A stretch of DNA of 62,394 bases, counting the filler. It is 5 parts of 5 records of this genome, joined end to end, with 100 filler letters (N's around TTAATTAATTAA, not from the genome) between each part and the next. Parts side by side here need not be neighbours in the genome. Positions count along the whole stretch, not along the records: positions 47,786 to 54,101 come from SRR20825019_3052; positions 54,202 to 62,394 come from SRR20825019_3062; 3 more parts are not named here. One strand, given 5' to 3'. Under the pieces are notes generated by a model. The model was not told the DNA's origin, did no database searches, and saw only the letters and a list, made by a program, of their open reading frames with translations. The first letter of the stretch is position 1; each line of letters opens with the position of its first letter. Shown here one piece after another: positions 52,322 through 62,378 of this stretch. The translations under genes and the position numbers were made by a program.

Positions 52322-53944
52322 CTACATGCTTTCAGACGCCACCACAATCGGCAATTCCTTGGGAAGTTCAACGCAGAAAGTACTGCCCTCATTGGGAATG
52401 CTGGTGACATTTAATGTCCCACCGTGGCGATCTGTGATCTTTTTACAGATCGCAAGACCAATGCCGGTCCCGGCATAATCGCCATAGCCATGCAGACGTT
52501 TGAAAATTTCAAAGATTGTCTCGTGATATTGGGGATCAATACCAATGCCATTGTCGCTTACAAAAATCTGATGGCTGTCGGGTGTTTCGGTTGCGGATAT
52601 GTGGACCCGTCCTGTTTCCGGGTCGCTATATTTTAAACCGTTTGAAACCAGGTTCTGGAACAAAAGCAGCAACTGACTGGCATCGCCCATGACGGATGGC
52701 AGGGATGCTTCGCGGATAATATTACCCTCGGGTGCTGATCCGGCACGTTTGAAATTCGTCACAATCGCATCAAACAGATCATCAAGCGGGACAAGATGGA
52801 ACGGTTTGCCGTGGCGTCCGACCCGCGACAAGGTCAGCAGATCATCAATCATGCGCTGCATGCGCTGTGTGCCATCAACGGCATAGTGAATGAATTCATC
52901 TGCTGTGTCGTCAAGCTTGCCCTGATAGCGCCGTGCAATAAGCTGGGTATAGCTTGAAACCATGCGCAGCGGTTCTTGCAAGTCATGGGATGCGGCATAG
53001 GCAAACTGTTCAAGTTCGCTGTTGGAGCGTTCCAGTTCGGCCATGGTGCGCTGAATTTCCATCTCGTGACGTTTGCGTTGGGAAATATCACGCAATGTGA
53101 TGATGTAATGATACCGCTGATCTGCGGAAAAATGACTGATCGCGACTTCAAGCGGCACGTTGCGGCCACTTGATGTACAGGCCAAAACTTCGATCACACC
53201 GGTGCCCAGATCGGTTAACAGGCGATTGGGCGGGGGGGGTGATATCGGGCTGTGGGCGCTGTCTGGCAATAGAAACCGGATGATATTGCGCAGTTCAGGG
53301 TCACCATCAGGACCGCAAAGTTCCTGTGCGCGGGAATTAAGCGGTTCGATATGGCCATCATCTGATGCAACCAGAATGGCATCGATCGTGTTTTGTAAAA
53401 TCGCCCGTTTTCGGTCTTCGCTACGTTTCGACTGGGTGACAAGTTCGGCAAGTTCGGCGGCCTGTTGACGCAGCAATCGGTCACGTTGAACCGCAAGTGT
53501 CACATCGCGAATGATCAAGGAACAAAGTGTTCCGTTGCTTTTGGTTTTGATCGGATTGATGCGAATGGACTGCTCCATCCGATCAAAGCTTGTCGCAAAT
53601 TGCGGGAGTGGTCGTAAGGGGAGAGCCCCTTGGTTCAGCGACGGAGAAATCACCGCAGGCATGCCAAATTTCAGGCAATCTTCAATTGCAAGATTAAGAC
53701 GGCCAAGGCGGGTTTCGGGAAATACTTCATGCAGCGGTTTGCCCAATACCTGATCGGAAGGAAGCCCGGAACGGCTTTGAATCCATTGGTTCCAATGACA
53801 AATCGTCCTGTCCGGGGCCAGGGCAACCAATCCGGTATCGGCAGTATCAAGCAATGCCGCAAACAGTTCGGCAGCATTCCCATCACGATCAAGATCGAAT
53901 GATGGTTTGGTTTTCTTGGAATTTGTCGGCGACGACCTGTTCAT
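52322..53944 (-). CDS. Cytoplasmic PAS-PAS sensor histidine kinase
   Basis: FAYAASHDLQEPLR, FQNLVSNGLKY, DNGIGI, GTGIGLAICKKI. Confidence 0.92.
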   Translation of the reverse strand: MNRSSPTNSKKTKPSFDLDRDGNAAELFAALLDTADTGLVALAPDRTICHWNQWIQSRSGLPSDQVLGKPLHEVFPETRLGRLNLAIEDCLKFGMPAVISPSLNQGALPLRPLPQFATSFDRMEQSIRINPIKTKSNGTLCSLIIRDVTLAVQRDRLLRQQAAELAELVTQSKRSEDRKRAILQNTIDAILVASDDGHIEPLNSRAQELCGPDGDPELRNIIRFLLPDSAHSPISPPPPNRLLTDLGTGVIEVLACTSSGRNVPLEVAISHFSADQRYHYIITLRDISQRKRHEMEIQRTMAELERSNSELEQFAYAASHDLQEPLRMVSSYTQLIARRYQGKLDDTADEFIHYAVDGTQRMQRMIDDLLTLSRVGRHGKPFHLVPLDDLFDAIVTNFKRAGSAPEGNIIREASLPSVMGDASQLLLLFQNLVSNGLKYSDPETGRVHISATETPDSHQIFVSDNGIGIDPQYHETIFEIFKRLHGYGDYAGTGIGLAICKKITDRHGGTLNVTSIPNEGSTFCVELPKELPIVVASESM

Positions 53945-53956
53945 TCACCTCACCAA

Positions 53957-54100
53957 TTAGCCAAACGAATTGGCCAGAAAACGACGCACCAGTTCACGCA
54001 GCAACTGAATGGAATCAAGGTCCATGACAAACAGGACATAGCCATCAATGTCATTATGACGCAGCATGAACTGGACATGCAGGATCATAAGAAGCGGTTT
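53957..54100 (-). CDS. CheC/CheX-like protein C-terminus (5' truncated)
   Basis: My translation: KPLLMILHVQFMLRHNDIDGYVLFVMDLDSIQLLRELVRRFLANSFG*. Confidence 0.55.
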   Translation of the reverse strand, partial: KPLLMILHVQFMLRHNDIDGYVLFVMDLDSIQLLRELVRRFLANSFG

Positions 54101-54101
54101 C

Positions 54102-54201
54102 NNNNNNNNNNNNNNNNNNNNNNNNNNNNNNNNNNNNNNNNNNNNTTAATTAATTAANNNNNNNNNNNNNNNNNNNNNNNNNNNNNNNNNNNNNNNNNNN
54201 N
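54102..54201. other. Artificial contig linker
   Basis: N-run/TTAATTAATTAA/N-run. Confidence 0.98.
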
Positions 54202-54202
54202 T

Positions 54203-54319
54203 CGCCGCGCCGTCACCATTGTCGATGCCGACGAACTGGCAGGCGCCATGACCGATCAGCTGGCCGCCCTGTTTGAAGAACAGGCCGCTGCCGCCGCACG
54301 GGGCCGTCGCCGCGCATGA
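54203..54319 (+). CDS. cobT: Cobaltochelatase CobT C-terminus (5' truncated)
   Basis: [29 protein letters not shown] overlap with the phytase-like gene, the usual rhizobial neighbour. Confidence 0.8.
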   Translation, partial: RRAVTIVDADELAGAMTDQLAALFEEQAAAAARGRRRA

Positions 54320-55284
54320 GGCGTCTGGCCTGTTTCCTGTCACTGATGCTTGCATTGCTGCCACTTGGGCTTCATGCAGCGGAAATTACGGTGACGGCAA
54401 CACCGATCAACCAGTTTGCGAATGAAGACGCCACAACGCATTTCGGGCGTCTTGAATTCATCGGTGGGCTGACACTAACATCGCCCAGTCCTGATTTTCA
54501 CTCACTGTCCGCTATTCGCTTTCTGCCCGATGGCAAGCATTTCATCGCGGTTTCCGATAACGGAGAATGGATTGACGGCGCGATCAAGCGTGACGTCAAA
54601 GGCAGGCTGTCCGGGCTTTCCGATGTTTCAATAACGCCAATGAAGAACACCAAGGGCGTTCACGCAGGCAAAAGCGGTATGGATGCGGAGAGCCTTGAAA
54701 TTGACGGTAACCGGATTCTCGTCGGGTTCGAGGGAAAGCACAGGATCGACAGCTATCCGCTGAACGGCCACAAGACTGCAAGCGCATCGTCAGGCCCAGC
54801 CTATCTGATCCCGCCTTATGAGTTGCGGAAAAATGGCAGCTTCGAAGCGCTGGCGACGAATGCCGGCGGCAAGACCGTGGTGATTGCCGAAAAAAGCATA
54901 GACAAGAATGGCAACCTTTTCGCCGCGATCATCGAAGGTCCGCAGGAGGGACTGTTCAAGGTCATCAAACGTCAGGGTTTTGATGTCACAGACGCCGTGT
55001 TTCTGCCCGGTGGCGAGCTTCTGGTGCTTGAGCGCCGTTTCTCGCTTCTTTCCGGTGTTGCCATGCGCATCCGCCTGATTGACGGTAAAGCGATCCATCC
55101 CGGCGCTGTGGTCGATGGCCAGGTGATCATGCAGGCCAGCGGGAGAACACACCATATCGATAATATGGAAGGCATTGCCGCCATAGCCGGAACAGACGGA
55201 TCAACACATGTGGTCCTCGTTTCCGACGACAATGATTCGCTTCTGCAGGAAACGCTGATGCTGGAGTTCAGACTGACCGATTGA
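54316..55284 (+). CDS. Esterase-like activity of phytase family protein (exported)
   Basis: Signal peptide, [29 protein letters not shown]. Confidence 0.88.
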   Translation: MRRLACFLSLMLALLPLGLHAAEITVTATPINQFANEDATTHFGRLEFIGGLTLTSPSPDFHSLSAIRFLPDGKHFIAVSDNGEWIDGAIKRDVKGRLSGLSDVSITPMKNTKGVHAGKSGMDAESLEIDGNRILVGFEGKHRIDSYPLNGHKTASASSGPAYLIPPYELRKNGSFEALATNAGGKTVVIAEKSIDKNGNLFAAIIEGPQEGLFKVIKRQGFDVTDAVFLPGGELLVLERRFSLLSGVAMRIRLIDGKAIHPGAVVDGQVIMQASGRTHHIDNMEGIAAIAGTDGSTHVVLVSDDNDSLLQETLMLEFRLTD

Positions 55285-55951
55285 AGTCATCAGCCGGCGG
55301 CGCTACCATGGCGCGGATCATGCCGAGGCCTTCTCTGTTGATACGACGCGCCTCGTCACGGTCCAGTTCGTCCCAGTTTTCCGCAAACCAACGATCCAGC
55401 GCACGGGCGGCGGCAAACAGCATCTCAACAATCATCGTAAGCGGCATATCAGATCGTATTGCTTCAAGCTTCTGTCCGTGACTGACGAGAGTTTCGGTCG
55501 CCTTTCGAATACGTTCAAGCGGCACCTGAAGAGCCGCCTCGGTTTGCGGTCCTTCGTACATAGTCCTGCCGAGCGCCGCCATGACAGACTCGGCAATCAG
55601 AAGCTCGGCCAGTTCCTCAACGGCGTCATTCAGCGCTTTCCAGAACATCGGTGCGTCTTCTGCTTCTGCCACGCGCTCAAAATCAAGCCGCTCTGCCAAG
55701 TCCTCAAGCGCGCACTCTATCACGGCGCAGTAAAGATCTGCCTTGTCGTGAACATAGTAATAGGCCTGCCCCTTGCTCATTTCCGCAGAACTCAGGATTG
55801 CGTTCATTGATGCGGCGGAAAAACCGCGTTCGGCAAACGCCGCCGTTGCCGCATCAAAGAGCAGCAGCCGACGCTCCAGAGCAAGGTTCTTCAGCCTTTC
55901 GCGCGCGGTTTTTCCCTCGGCCATCGGCTTTGTGTTTTTTTTCGCCACCAT
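55268..55951 (-). CDS. TetR/AcrR family regulator
   Basis: FAERGFSAASMNAILSSAEMSKGQAYYYVHDKADLY. Confidence 0.88.
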   Translation of the reverse strand: MVAKKNTKPMAEGKTARERLKNLALERRLLLFDAATAAFAERGFSAASMNAILSSAEMSKGQAYYYVHDKADLYCAVIECALEDLAERLDFERVAEAEDAPMFWKALNDAVEELAELLIAESVMAALGRTMYEGPQTEAALQVPLERIRKATETLVSHGQKLEAIRSDMPLTMIVEMLFAAARALDRWFAENWDELDRDEARRINREGLGMIRAMVAPPADDFNRSV

Positions 55952-55973
55952 GAGAGTGCCTTTATTGACGTTA

Positions 55974-55990
55974 TTAGACCATCGGTCTAA
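55974..55990. promoter_or_regulatory. Putative TetR operator
   Basis: Perfect palindrome TTAGACC-atc-GGTCTAA between the divergent tetR and VOC genes. Confidence 0.7.
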
Positions 55991-56051
55991 AACCATTGCA
56001 ACCATAAACCGGCGGCATTGCCACCGATAAATTTGAAGAAGGAGATGCCCG

Positions 56052-56594
56052 ATGCGCTGGCGCGGTGTCAATCATGTGGAGTTTTCGGTGATCGACTACG
56101 AAAACTCGGTCGCTTTTTACGACAAGATGTTCGGGTGGCTCGGCTACAAGAGCTTTTGGACCATGGATATCGGTTACCACTCGACCTACTATATGGCACG
56201 GTTGCCCTTCCCCCACAGCTATATCGGCATTCAACCGGCAAAGACCGGCGGAAAGCTTGATCATGAAGCGCGCGCGACAGGTATCCACCACATCGCGCTC
56301 TGGGCGAAAAACCGGAGAGAGGTCGACCGGTTTCACAGCGATTTTCTCAAACCGAACACCGTTCACGTGACGGAAGCGCCGGCGGAATATCCGGTCTACG
56401 CTCCGGGTTACTATGCTGTTTTCTTCGATGACCCGATCAACGGCATTCACTGGGAACTGGCACATATACCCGCGATCGCCTCCCCGGGGGCCTACCGGCG
56501 CACGGCCAAGGCATGGAAGCAAGCGGAAAAACAGCACCCCGAATGGGGCGGTTCACCTGCAAGAAAAGCATTTCGGAAACTGCCGGGCAAATGA
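56052..56594 (+). CDS. VOC/glyoxalase family protein
   Basis: GVNHVEFSV, GIHHIAL, YAPGYYAVFFDDP, WEL. RBS AAGGAG. Confidence 0.88.
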   Translation: MRWRGVNHVEFSVIDYENSVAFYDKMFGWLGYKSFWTMDIGYHSTYYMARLPFPHSYIGIQPAKTGGKLDHEARATGIHHIALWAKNRREVDRFHSDFLKPNTVHVTEAPAEYPVYAPGYYAVFFDDPINGIHWELAHIPAIASPGAYRRTAKAWKQAEKQHPEWGGSPARKAFRKLPGK

Positions 56595-56597
56595 AAA

Positions 56598-56624
56598 GCC
56601 GGGATGTCGGATCGACATCCCGGC
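56598..56624. terminator. Hairpin between convergent VOC and uxuA genes
   Basis: GCCGGGATGTCG-gat-CGACATCCCGGC, with a T-tract on the minus strand. Confidence 0.8.
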
Positions 56625-56728
56625 ATTGATTGCGGAGGATTTTCAGGGGGTGAAGACGGCCTGGTGCGGCCATCTTCAATCTTGTTTTTTATCGCCCTTC
56701 AAGCCATGTCGAGTGGGAGGAGAATGGC

Positions 56729-57886
56729 TTATCCGTCCGCAAGCGCACGTGCGATACCGCGTACTTCGGCAAGACCACGCAAACGACCAATCAGTGCGTA
56801 GCCCGGATTGGTCTTGCGGGTCTGGTCGTCAAGAATGGCGTGTCCATGGTCCGGACGGAACGGAATCTGAACACCGCGTGCCTTTTCCACTTCAAGAGCG
56901 GCTTTGACCACCGCAACCATATCGACATCGCCATCCAGATGCGGGGCTTCGTGGAAACTCAGACCATCCTGCTCGCGTTTGGTTGCACGCAGATGCAGAA
57001 AGTGAACGCGATCACCATGCTTGCGCAGCATCGCCGGAAGATCGTTATCGGCACGAACGCCATAAGAACCGGTACAAAACGTAAAGCCGTTGGCCGGGCT
57101 TGGTACCTGCGTCACAAGCCGGTCCATATCCTCAACCGTGGAAACCACACGCGGCAGGCCAAAGAGCGGACGCGGCGGATCATCCGGGTGAATTGCCAGA
57201 ACCGCCCCGGCCTCTTCAGCCATCGGCGCGACAATCTCCAGAAAACGGCCAAGCTGATCGCCCAGCGCCTTGGCGTCAATGTCATCATAACGGGCAAGCT
57301 GAGCACGGAAGTCATCCAGCGAATAGCTTTCTTCCGAGCCTGGAAGACCTGCCAGAATAGTCCCGACCAGCTTCTCGGTATCAGCTTCAGACAGCGTTTT
57401 GAACAGTGCTTCGGCCTTCTTCGCAACATCTTCGCTGTAGTCAGCCTCTGCACCTTTACGCTTCAGTACAAACAGGTCGAAAACAACATAGAGCATGTAG
57501 TCGAAACGCAGCGCGCGCGCACCGTCTTCCAGCGGCCATGACAGGTCTGTGCGCGTCCAGTCGAGAACCGGCATAAAGTTATAGCAAATCGTCTTGATGC
57601 CCTGTCGCGCAAGGTTCTGCGCCGAACGGCCCCATATCTCGGCCAGTTCTTCCCAGCCGGGTTCAGCCGTCTTGATCTTTTCATGGACCGGAATGCTTTC
57701 CACCACCGACCAGCTAAGGCCAGCATCGGCGATCATGTCGCGGCGTGCGGCGATCTCGTCTTGTTCCCACAGCACGCCGTTTGGCATATGATGCAGCGCC
57801 GTCACGATATCCGTGGCGCCTGTCTGGCGAACTTCAGCCAAAGAAATAGGGTCCGAAGGCCCGAACCAACGCCAGCTTTCCTTCAT
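56729..57886 (-). CDS. uxuA: Mannonate dehydratase
   Basis: WRWFGPSD, WSVVES, CYNFMPVLDWTRT, IHPDDPP, FRPDHGH, PGY. Confidence 0.96.
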   Translation of the reverse strand: MKESWRWFGPSDPISLAEVRQTGATDIVTALHHMPNGVLWEQDEIAARRDMIADAGLSWSVVESIPVHEKIKTAEPGWEELAEIWGRSAQNLARQGIKTICYNFMPVLDWTRTDLSWPLEDGARALRFDYMLYVVFDLFVLKRKGAEADYSEDVAKKAEALFKTLSEADTEKLVGTILAGLPGSEESYSLDDFRAQLARYDDIDAKALGDQLGRFLEIVAPMAEEAGAVLAIHPDDPPRPLFGLPRVVSTVEDMDRLVTQVPSPANGFTFCTGSYGVRADNDLPAMLRKHGDRVHFLHLRATKREQDGLSFHEAPHLDGDVDMVAVVKAALEVEKARGVQIPFRPDHGHAILDDQTRKTNPGYALIGRLRGLAEVRGIARALADG

Positions 57887-57938
57887 CGGTATTCTCCTGT
57901 TCTCATGCAATGGCCAACAGGCCAAAAGCGATATTTCG

Positions 57939-58706
57939 CTATCCCACGATGCGTCCGATTTCATCTGAACCGAAAACGAAACCATCGAAGTTCGGATCAT
58001 CGACGTCGGAAAGCGCCATCAGCGTTTCACGAACATTCTGCAGGTGCTGCCACATTGCGTGGCGCGCCCGTGCGGGATCTTTCATCTGCAGCGCCTGCAG
58101 GATCTCGCTATGATCGGACAACCAGCGCTTGCGGTAATCCGTATCGAAAACCCGTGTATGCAGCTGTGCCCACATGCGGCTCTTCTTGCGGCGGTTCCAA
58201 AGCTCTTCGGCCAGATCGACCAGAACGGAATTCTGTGTTGCCTCGGCAATCAGGCGATGAAAAAGCTCATCAGCGTCGTAGCCATCATCGCGTTGCTTGC
58301 TGATGGCGGCACGCTCCATTTCCAATGCCTCACGCATCCGGCGGATATCGGCCATGGAGACCATTTCTGCCGCAAAAGCCGCAATTGTCGATTCCAGCAA
58401 TTGCCGGGCCTGCAACAGTTCAAACGGGCCGATATCATCAGTCAGTTCGTCTTCAGAAACATCCGCCACCGCTGTTATCTCTGGCTCTGCGGCCAGATAA
58501 ATACCGGAGCCCTTGCGCACATCCACCAGACCTTCAAGCTCCAGCGTGATCACGGCTTCGCGTACCAGCGACCGGCTGACACCGAGTTCCTCGGCCATCT
58601 GCCGTTCGGTTTTCAAACGGTCACCCGGTTGATAGTCAGAACGTGCAATCAGCGCACGGATTTCGGCGGCAACCTCCTGATAACGACGTTTTACTGTCTC
58701 TCCCAT
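57939..58706 (-). CDS. GntR/FadR family regulator, UxuR/ExuR-like
   Basis: RRYQEV, GVSRSLVREA, GPFELLQARQLLES, AMWQHLQNV. Confidence 0.9.
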   Translation of the reverse strand: MGETVKRRYQEVAAEIRALIARSDYQPGDRLKTERQMAEELGVSRSLVREAVITLELEGLVDVRKGSGIYLAAEPEITAVADVSEDELTDDIGPFELLQARQLLESTIAAFAAEMVSMADIRRMREALEMERAAISKQRDDGYDADELFHRLIAEATQNSVLVDLAEELWNRRKKSRMWAQLHTRVFDTDYRKRWLSDHSEILQALQMKDPARARHAMWQHLQNVRETLMALSDVDDPNFDGFVFGSDEIGRIVG

Positions 58707-60499
58707 TCTTCAGCCTCCTTGGCAGCCCGCGCATGGTAGAACGATGCCAGGATATCGAAGGCTTCTTTCTTCGTTACCTTGTCAGCCGCAATCAGTCCCT
58801 TGCGGTTGAAACCCCGCTGGAAGATGCCCTGACGACGTTCTGTGCGGAAATCATAGAGAATCCAGGGGGACATGCCCTTCACGAAATCAAGGTCTTTCAG
58901 CGTTTCGATCTGCTTGCGGTAGACCTCAGCCTGATAGGCTTCGGAGAAAAGCCCGGTTTTCGGGCCTTGCTCGGTGATATCGGCATCCGCTCCGGTCTCC
59001 GAGACGACCACAGGACGATCCGGCTGGGAGTTGGCCAGGATTTTCGGCAGTTCGGAGAAATCCTCGTCATACCATCCGTAGTATTCGTTGATGCCGATGA
59101 TATCGAGATGGGCCGCAAGCCGATCCTCGATCTTCAGCTTCTGATGGTTGACCAGACAGGCGGCGGCAATCAGCCGTGTGGGATCTTCGGCGCGCGCGGT
59201 TTCGGCAAGGCCACGCATGAAATCGAGCCGTGCATCGGTATCGGCGTTTTCATTACCAACTGACCAGATGACCACGCTGGCACGGTTCCGATCACGCTTC
59301 ACCATTTCCAGAAGCTGGTTGCGTGCATCGGCCTGTGTTGCCGGATTGTCAAAATCAATCGCCCAGTAGACCGGGATTTCGGTCCAAAGTAAAAGCCCGA
59401 CTTCATCGGCCAGCTGAACCGCGCGCTCGTGGTGCGGATAATGCGCAAGCCGGACGAAGTTGCAACCCAGTTCCTTGGCATGGGCAAAGCGGCGTTTCAG
59501 ATCGTCTTGCGTAATGACCTTGCCAAGCAGGTCATCGTCTTCGTGAACGGAAATACCGCGCAGCCAGAGCGGGCGGCCATTGAGATAAAGCTCCCGGCCC
59601 TTGCGTAGGATAGTGCGGAAGCCAACGCGGTCACGAACTTCATCTTCGCCAGCCCTGACCATCACATCATAAAGCTTGGGATGATCGGGCGACCACAGCA
59701 CCGGTCCGGCTTCGATGGTTGCTTCACCTTTCCCGCCGACAAGCAGAACCGTTTCATCAATGCCAAGTTCGGGAATGGAAACGGTCGCGTTATCCGCGCC
59801 CTCTGCCGTAACCGACACTTTCAGGCGGCTGTTATTGCCTGTCGGATCAAGATAGATGAAAAAATCGCGGATGAGGCTTTCCGGCGTCTCGATCAGCGAA
59901 ACCTCGCGATAGACACCACCATAATTGAACCAGTCTGTATTGCGCATCGGCACCCGATCAGTGGTGCGTTGATTGTTGACACACAGCATCAGCCAGTTAC
60001 GACCGTCTTTCAGCCTGTCTGTCAGTTCGGCAAAGAACGGTGTCGAGCCGCCATAATGATTGCCGATAAACTCGCCATTCAGGAAAACCTTGCAGTCATA
60101 CTGTGCTGCACCGACACGGAGAAAATTGCGCTTGCCGGGTTTCGGAGAAATATCAACAGGGCGCGTATACCAGGCACTGCCTTCGAAAAAGTACCATTTT
60201 TCTTTCAGCATCTGCCAGCAGGAAGGCACCGGCGCCGTTTCACCCATATAGGGATCGTAATCCCAGGGTTCGTCGCGCTCCTGCGGGTCCGCAGGCTGCA
60301 TGGCAAACCATTTCTGGCGCAGTCCCGTATCGAGGATATCGACACAGAAGTTCCAGTCTCCGTCGAGCGACTGTCCTGACCGGCCGCCCATGAAAATCAT
60401 CGTCTCATGATTGAGGTTTTGCGGATTGAAAGGACGGTCGTAATCCTCGTCATGCAGCGCTGCCAGAGCGTTTTCCGCCAGTTCAGACCGTTCAAGCAT
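58691..60499 (-). CDS. GH2 beta-glucuronidase-like glycoside hydrolase (no signal peptide)
   Basis: DWFNYGGVYR, RLAHYPH, WSVGNE (acid/base), NEYYGWY, VSETGA (nucleophile), GUS-type NRKG motif. Confidence 0.88.
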   Translation of the reverse strand: MLERSELAENALAALHDEDYDRPFNPQNLNHETMIFMGGRSGQSLDGDWNFCVDILDTGLRQKWFAMQPADPQERDEPWDYDPYMGETAPVPSCWQMLKEKWYFFEGSAWYTRPVDISPKPGKRNFLRVGAAQYDCKVFLNGEFIGNHYGGSTPFFAELTDRLKDGRNWLMLCVNNQRTTDRVPMRNTDWFNYGGVYREVSLIETPESLIRDFFIYLDPTGNNSRLKVSVTAEGADNATVSIPELGIDETVLLVGGKGEATIEAGPVLWSPDHPKLYDVMVRAGEDEVRDRVGFRTILRKGRELYLNGRPLWLRGISVHEDDDLLGKVITQDDLKRRFAHAKELGCNFVRLAHYPHHERAVQLADEVGLLLWTEIPVYWAIDFDNPATQADARNQLLEMVKRDRNRASVVIWSVGNENADTDARLDFMRGLAETARAEDPTRLIAAACLVNHQKLKIEDRLAAHLDIIGINEYYGWYDEDFSELPKILANSQPDRPVVVSETGADADITEQGPKTGLFSEAYQAEVYRKQIETLKDLDFVKGMSPWILYDFRTERRQGIFQRGFNRKGLIAADKVTKKEAFDILASFYHARAAKEAEEWERQ

Positions 60500-60545
60500 T
60501 TCAATCCTCCACCAAAATGACTTTTGTTCTCGTTTTTGCTTCAGG

Positions 60546-60574
60546 TGATGGCCGCCGGAAAACGGCGACCATCA
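60546..60574 (-). other. Intra-operon hairpin after dctP
   Basis: TGATGGTCGCCG-ttttc-CGGCGGCCATCA on the minus strand. Confidence 0.55.
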
Positions 60575-60592
60575 TTATTCAGAGCGGAACGT

Positions 60593-61588
60593 TTACTGAC
60601 CGCCGTAGTTCTTGCCATCTTCCTGAATACGCTCGACCAGATCAGCGACAACAGGCGACTTGGAGGTGATTTCCTCGTACATAGGCTGAACGGCTTCAAC
60701 GAATGGTGCCTTGTCAACTTCGTTGATTTCAACGCCGAGCTGTTCCTGCATGTCGACCATGGCCTGATCTACAATCTTGTTCCAGGCTTCACGATGGAAC
60801 CCGGCAGCATCAACCGCTGCTTCATGGAACGCTGCCTTGTCTTCATCCGACATCTGATCCCAGACGCAAGTGGAAATCACGACAGCTGAAGGGATCATGG
60901 TATGCTCATCAAGCGAGAAATGCTTGGCCACTTCACCGTGACGCGCCGTGGTCATGGCGGTCGGGTTGTTTTCAGCACCGTCAACGACACCCTGCTGCAG
61001 CGCGCTGTAAAGCTCACCCCATGCAATCGGCGTCGGATTGCCACCAAGCAGCTCAACCATGCGGATGGCTGACGGGCTCGGCTGAACGCGAATCTTCATG
61101 CCCTGAAGATCTTCCGGCGTGTAGATCGGCTTGTTCCCGTAGAAAGAACGTGCGCCTTCAACGAAGAAACCGATACCCTGGAAGCCCTTGTCATAGGACG
61201 AGTCGAGGATTTCCGTACCGATATCACCGGTCAATGTATCAAAAAGGTGGTCCTCATTGACGAAGAGGTATGGCAGATTGAGCGCTGAATAAGCCGGAGC
61301 GAAGGCTTCCAGTTCGGATGCATTGCTCTTGGCCATATCGAGTGCGCAGCTTTGAACCAGTTCCATCGATTCGCGCTGGTTGCCAAGCTGGCCATTCGGG
61401 AAAACCTGGATATCCCAGCGACCGTCAGTCAGTTCGGAAAGGCGCTCACCCATGTACTCCATCGAGCCATGCAATGGATGATCCGGCGGGTTGTTGTGGT
61501 TCAGACGCAGTGTGCGCGCTTCAGCCGAAGCGGCGAATGCGACAGCTGCCGCACCAGACACCAGAGCGAGTTTGGTAAAGACTTTCAT
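60593..61588 (-). CDS. dctP: TRAP transporter substrate-binding protein
   Basis: Signal peptide, FPNGQLG, GARSFY, DLQGMKIRV, ELYSALQQGVVDGAENN. Confidence 0.93.
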   Translation of the reverse strand: MKVFTKLALVSGAAAVAFAASAEARTLRLNHNNPPDHPLHGSMEYMGERLSELTDGRWDIQVFPNGQLGNQRESMELVQSCALDMAKSNASELEAFAPAYSALNLPYLFVNEDHLFDTLTGDIGTEILDSSYDKGFQGIGFFVEGARSFYGNKPIYTPEDLQGMKIRVQPSPSAIRMVELLGGNPTPIAWGELYSALQQGVVDGAENNPTAMTTARHGEVAKHFSLDEHTMIPSAVVISTCVWDQMSDEDKAAFHEAAVDAAGFHREAWNKIVDQAMVDMQEQLGVEINEVDKAPFVEAVQPMYEEITSKSPVVADLVERIQEDGKNYGGQ

Positions 61589-61673
61589 ATCTGTCCTCCC
61601 GGCACCGATTAAATTCGGGGATAGTTGATTGTTTGAACACCGCCTTCGGGTGCCAAGTTCGCGGCGGTTAGCC

Positions 61674-61731
61674 AAAAGGTCGACCAATTACTCATTATTG
61701 TCAACCAAATTCATTAATTGGTTGACCAATT
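61674..61731. promoter_or_regulatory. Cluster of UxuR/ExuR (FadR-type) operators
   Basis: AATTGGTTGACCAATT (61716-61731), AAAAGGTCGACCAATT (61674-61689), TTATTGTCAACCAAAT (61695-61710). They match the TGGT-N2-ACCA FadR-subfamily pattern. Confidence 0.75.
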
Positions 61732-61817
61732 TTTCCGGTTGGGGCATTCTTGCATTCATCAGCCGGGACTCTAGAGTTCGCAGGGGCTGTTTAAAAATAG
61801 ACACAAGGGAGGGTCGG

Positions 61818-62378
61818 ATGTCTGATAATCAGAAGCCCGACACGTTCAGCCGTATTGTAAACGGCACAGCCGGTGTTCTCGATGCCATATTGGGCGTTGC
61901 TATAGTCTCCGGTTTCTCCGTCATGGTCGCATGTGTCGTCTGGCAGGTTTTCAGTCGCTACGTGCTGCAGACACCATCGATTTACACTGACGAAATTTCA
62001 CGCTTTCTGTTCATCTGGCTGGCGCTGATCGGCGGCGCCTATACTTTTGGCAAGGGGCGCCACCTCGCCATCGAGATTCTCGCCCCTGCCCTTTCAGGCT
62101 GGCGCAAGAAGGTCTCCGAGCTCGTCGTCATCGTCATTATCGCCTTGTTCGCGATCATGGTGATGATGAAGGGCGGAGGCGGACTGGTGTCACGGACGCT
62201 GGCCAATGGTCAGGTTTCACCCGCCATGCAGCTGCCAATGGGCTATATCTATCTGGCCATTCCGATTGGTGGTGCGATTATCCTGTTCTACTGCTTCCAG
62301 ATGGCCCTGAAGATCATAGCCCGCGGCGAAGATGCTGAAATCGGCCAGAGCGAAACCGCCGGCGGCCCGCTGGACTAG
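61818..62378 (+). CDS. dctQ: TRAP transporter small permease
   Basis: WQVFSRYV, TDEISRFLFIW, HLAIE, SPAMQLPMGYIYLAIP. Confidence 0.92.
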   Translation: MSDNQKPDTFSRIVNGTAGVLDAILGVAIVSGFSVMVACVVWQVFSRYVLQTPSIYTDEISRFLFIWLALIGGAYTFGKGRHLAIEILAPALSGWRKKVSELVVIVIIALFAIMVMMKGGGGLVSRTLANGQVSPAMQLPMGYIYLAIPIGGAIILFYCFQMALKIIARGEDAEIGQSETAGGPLD

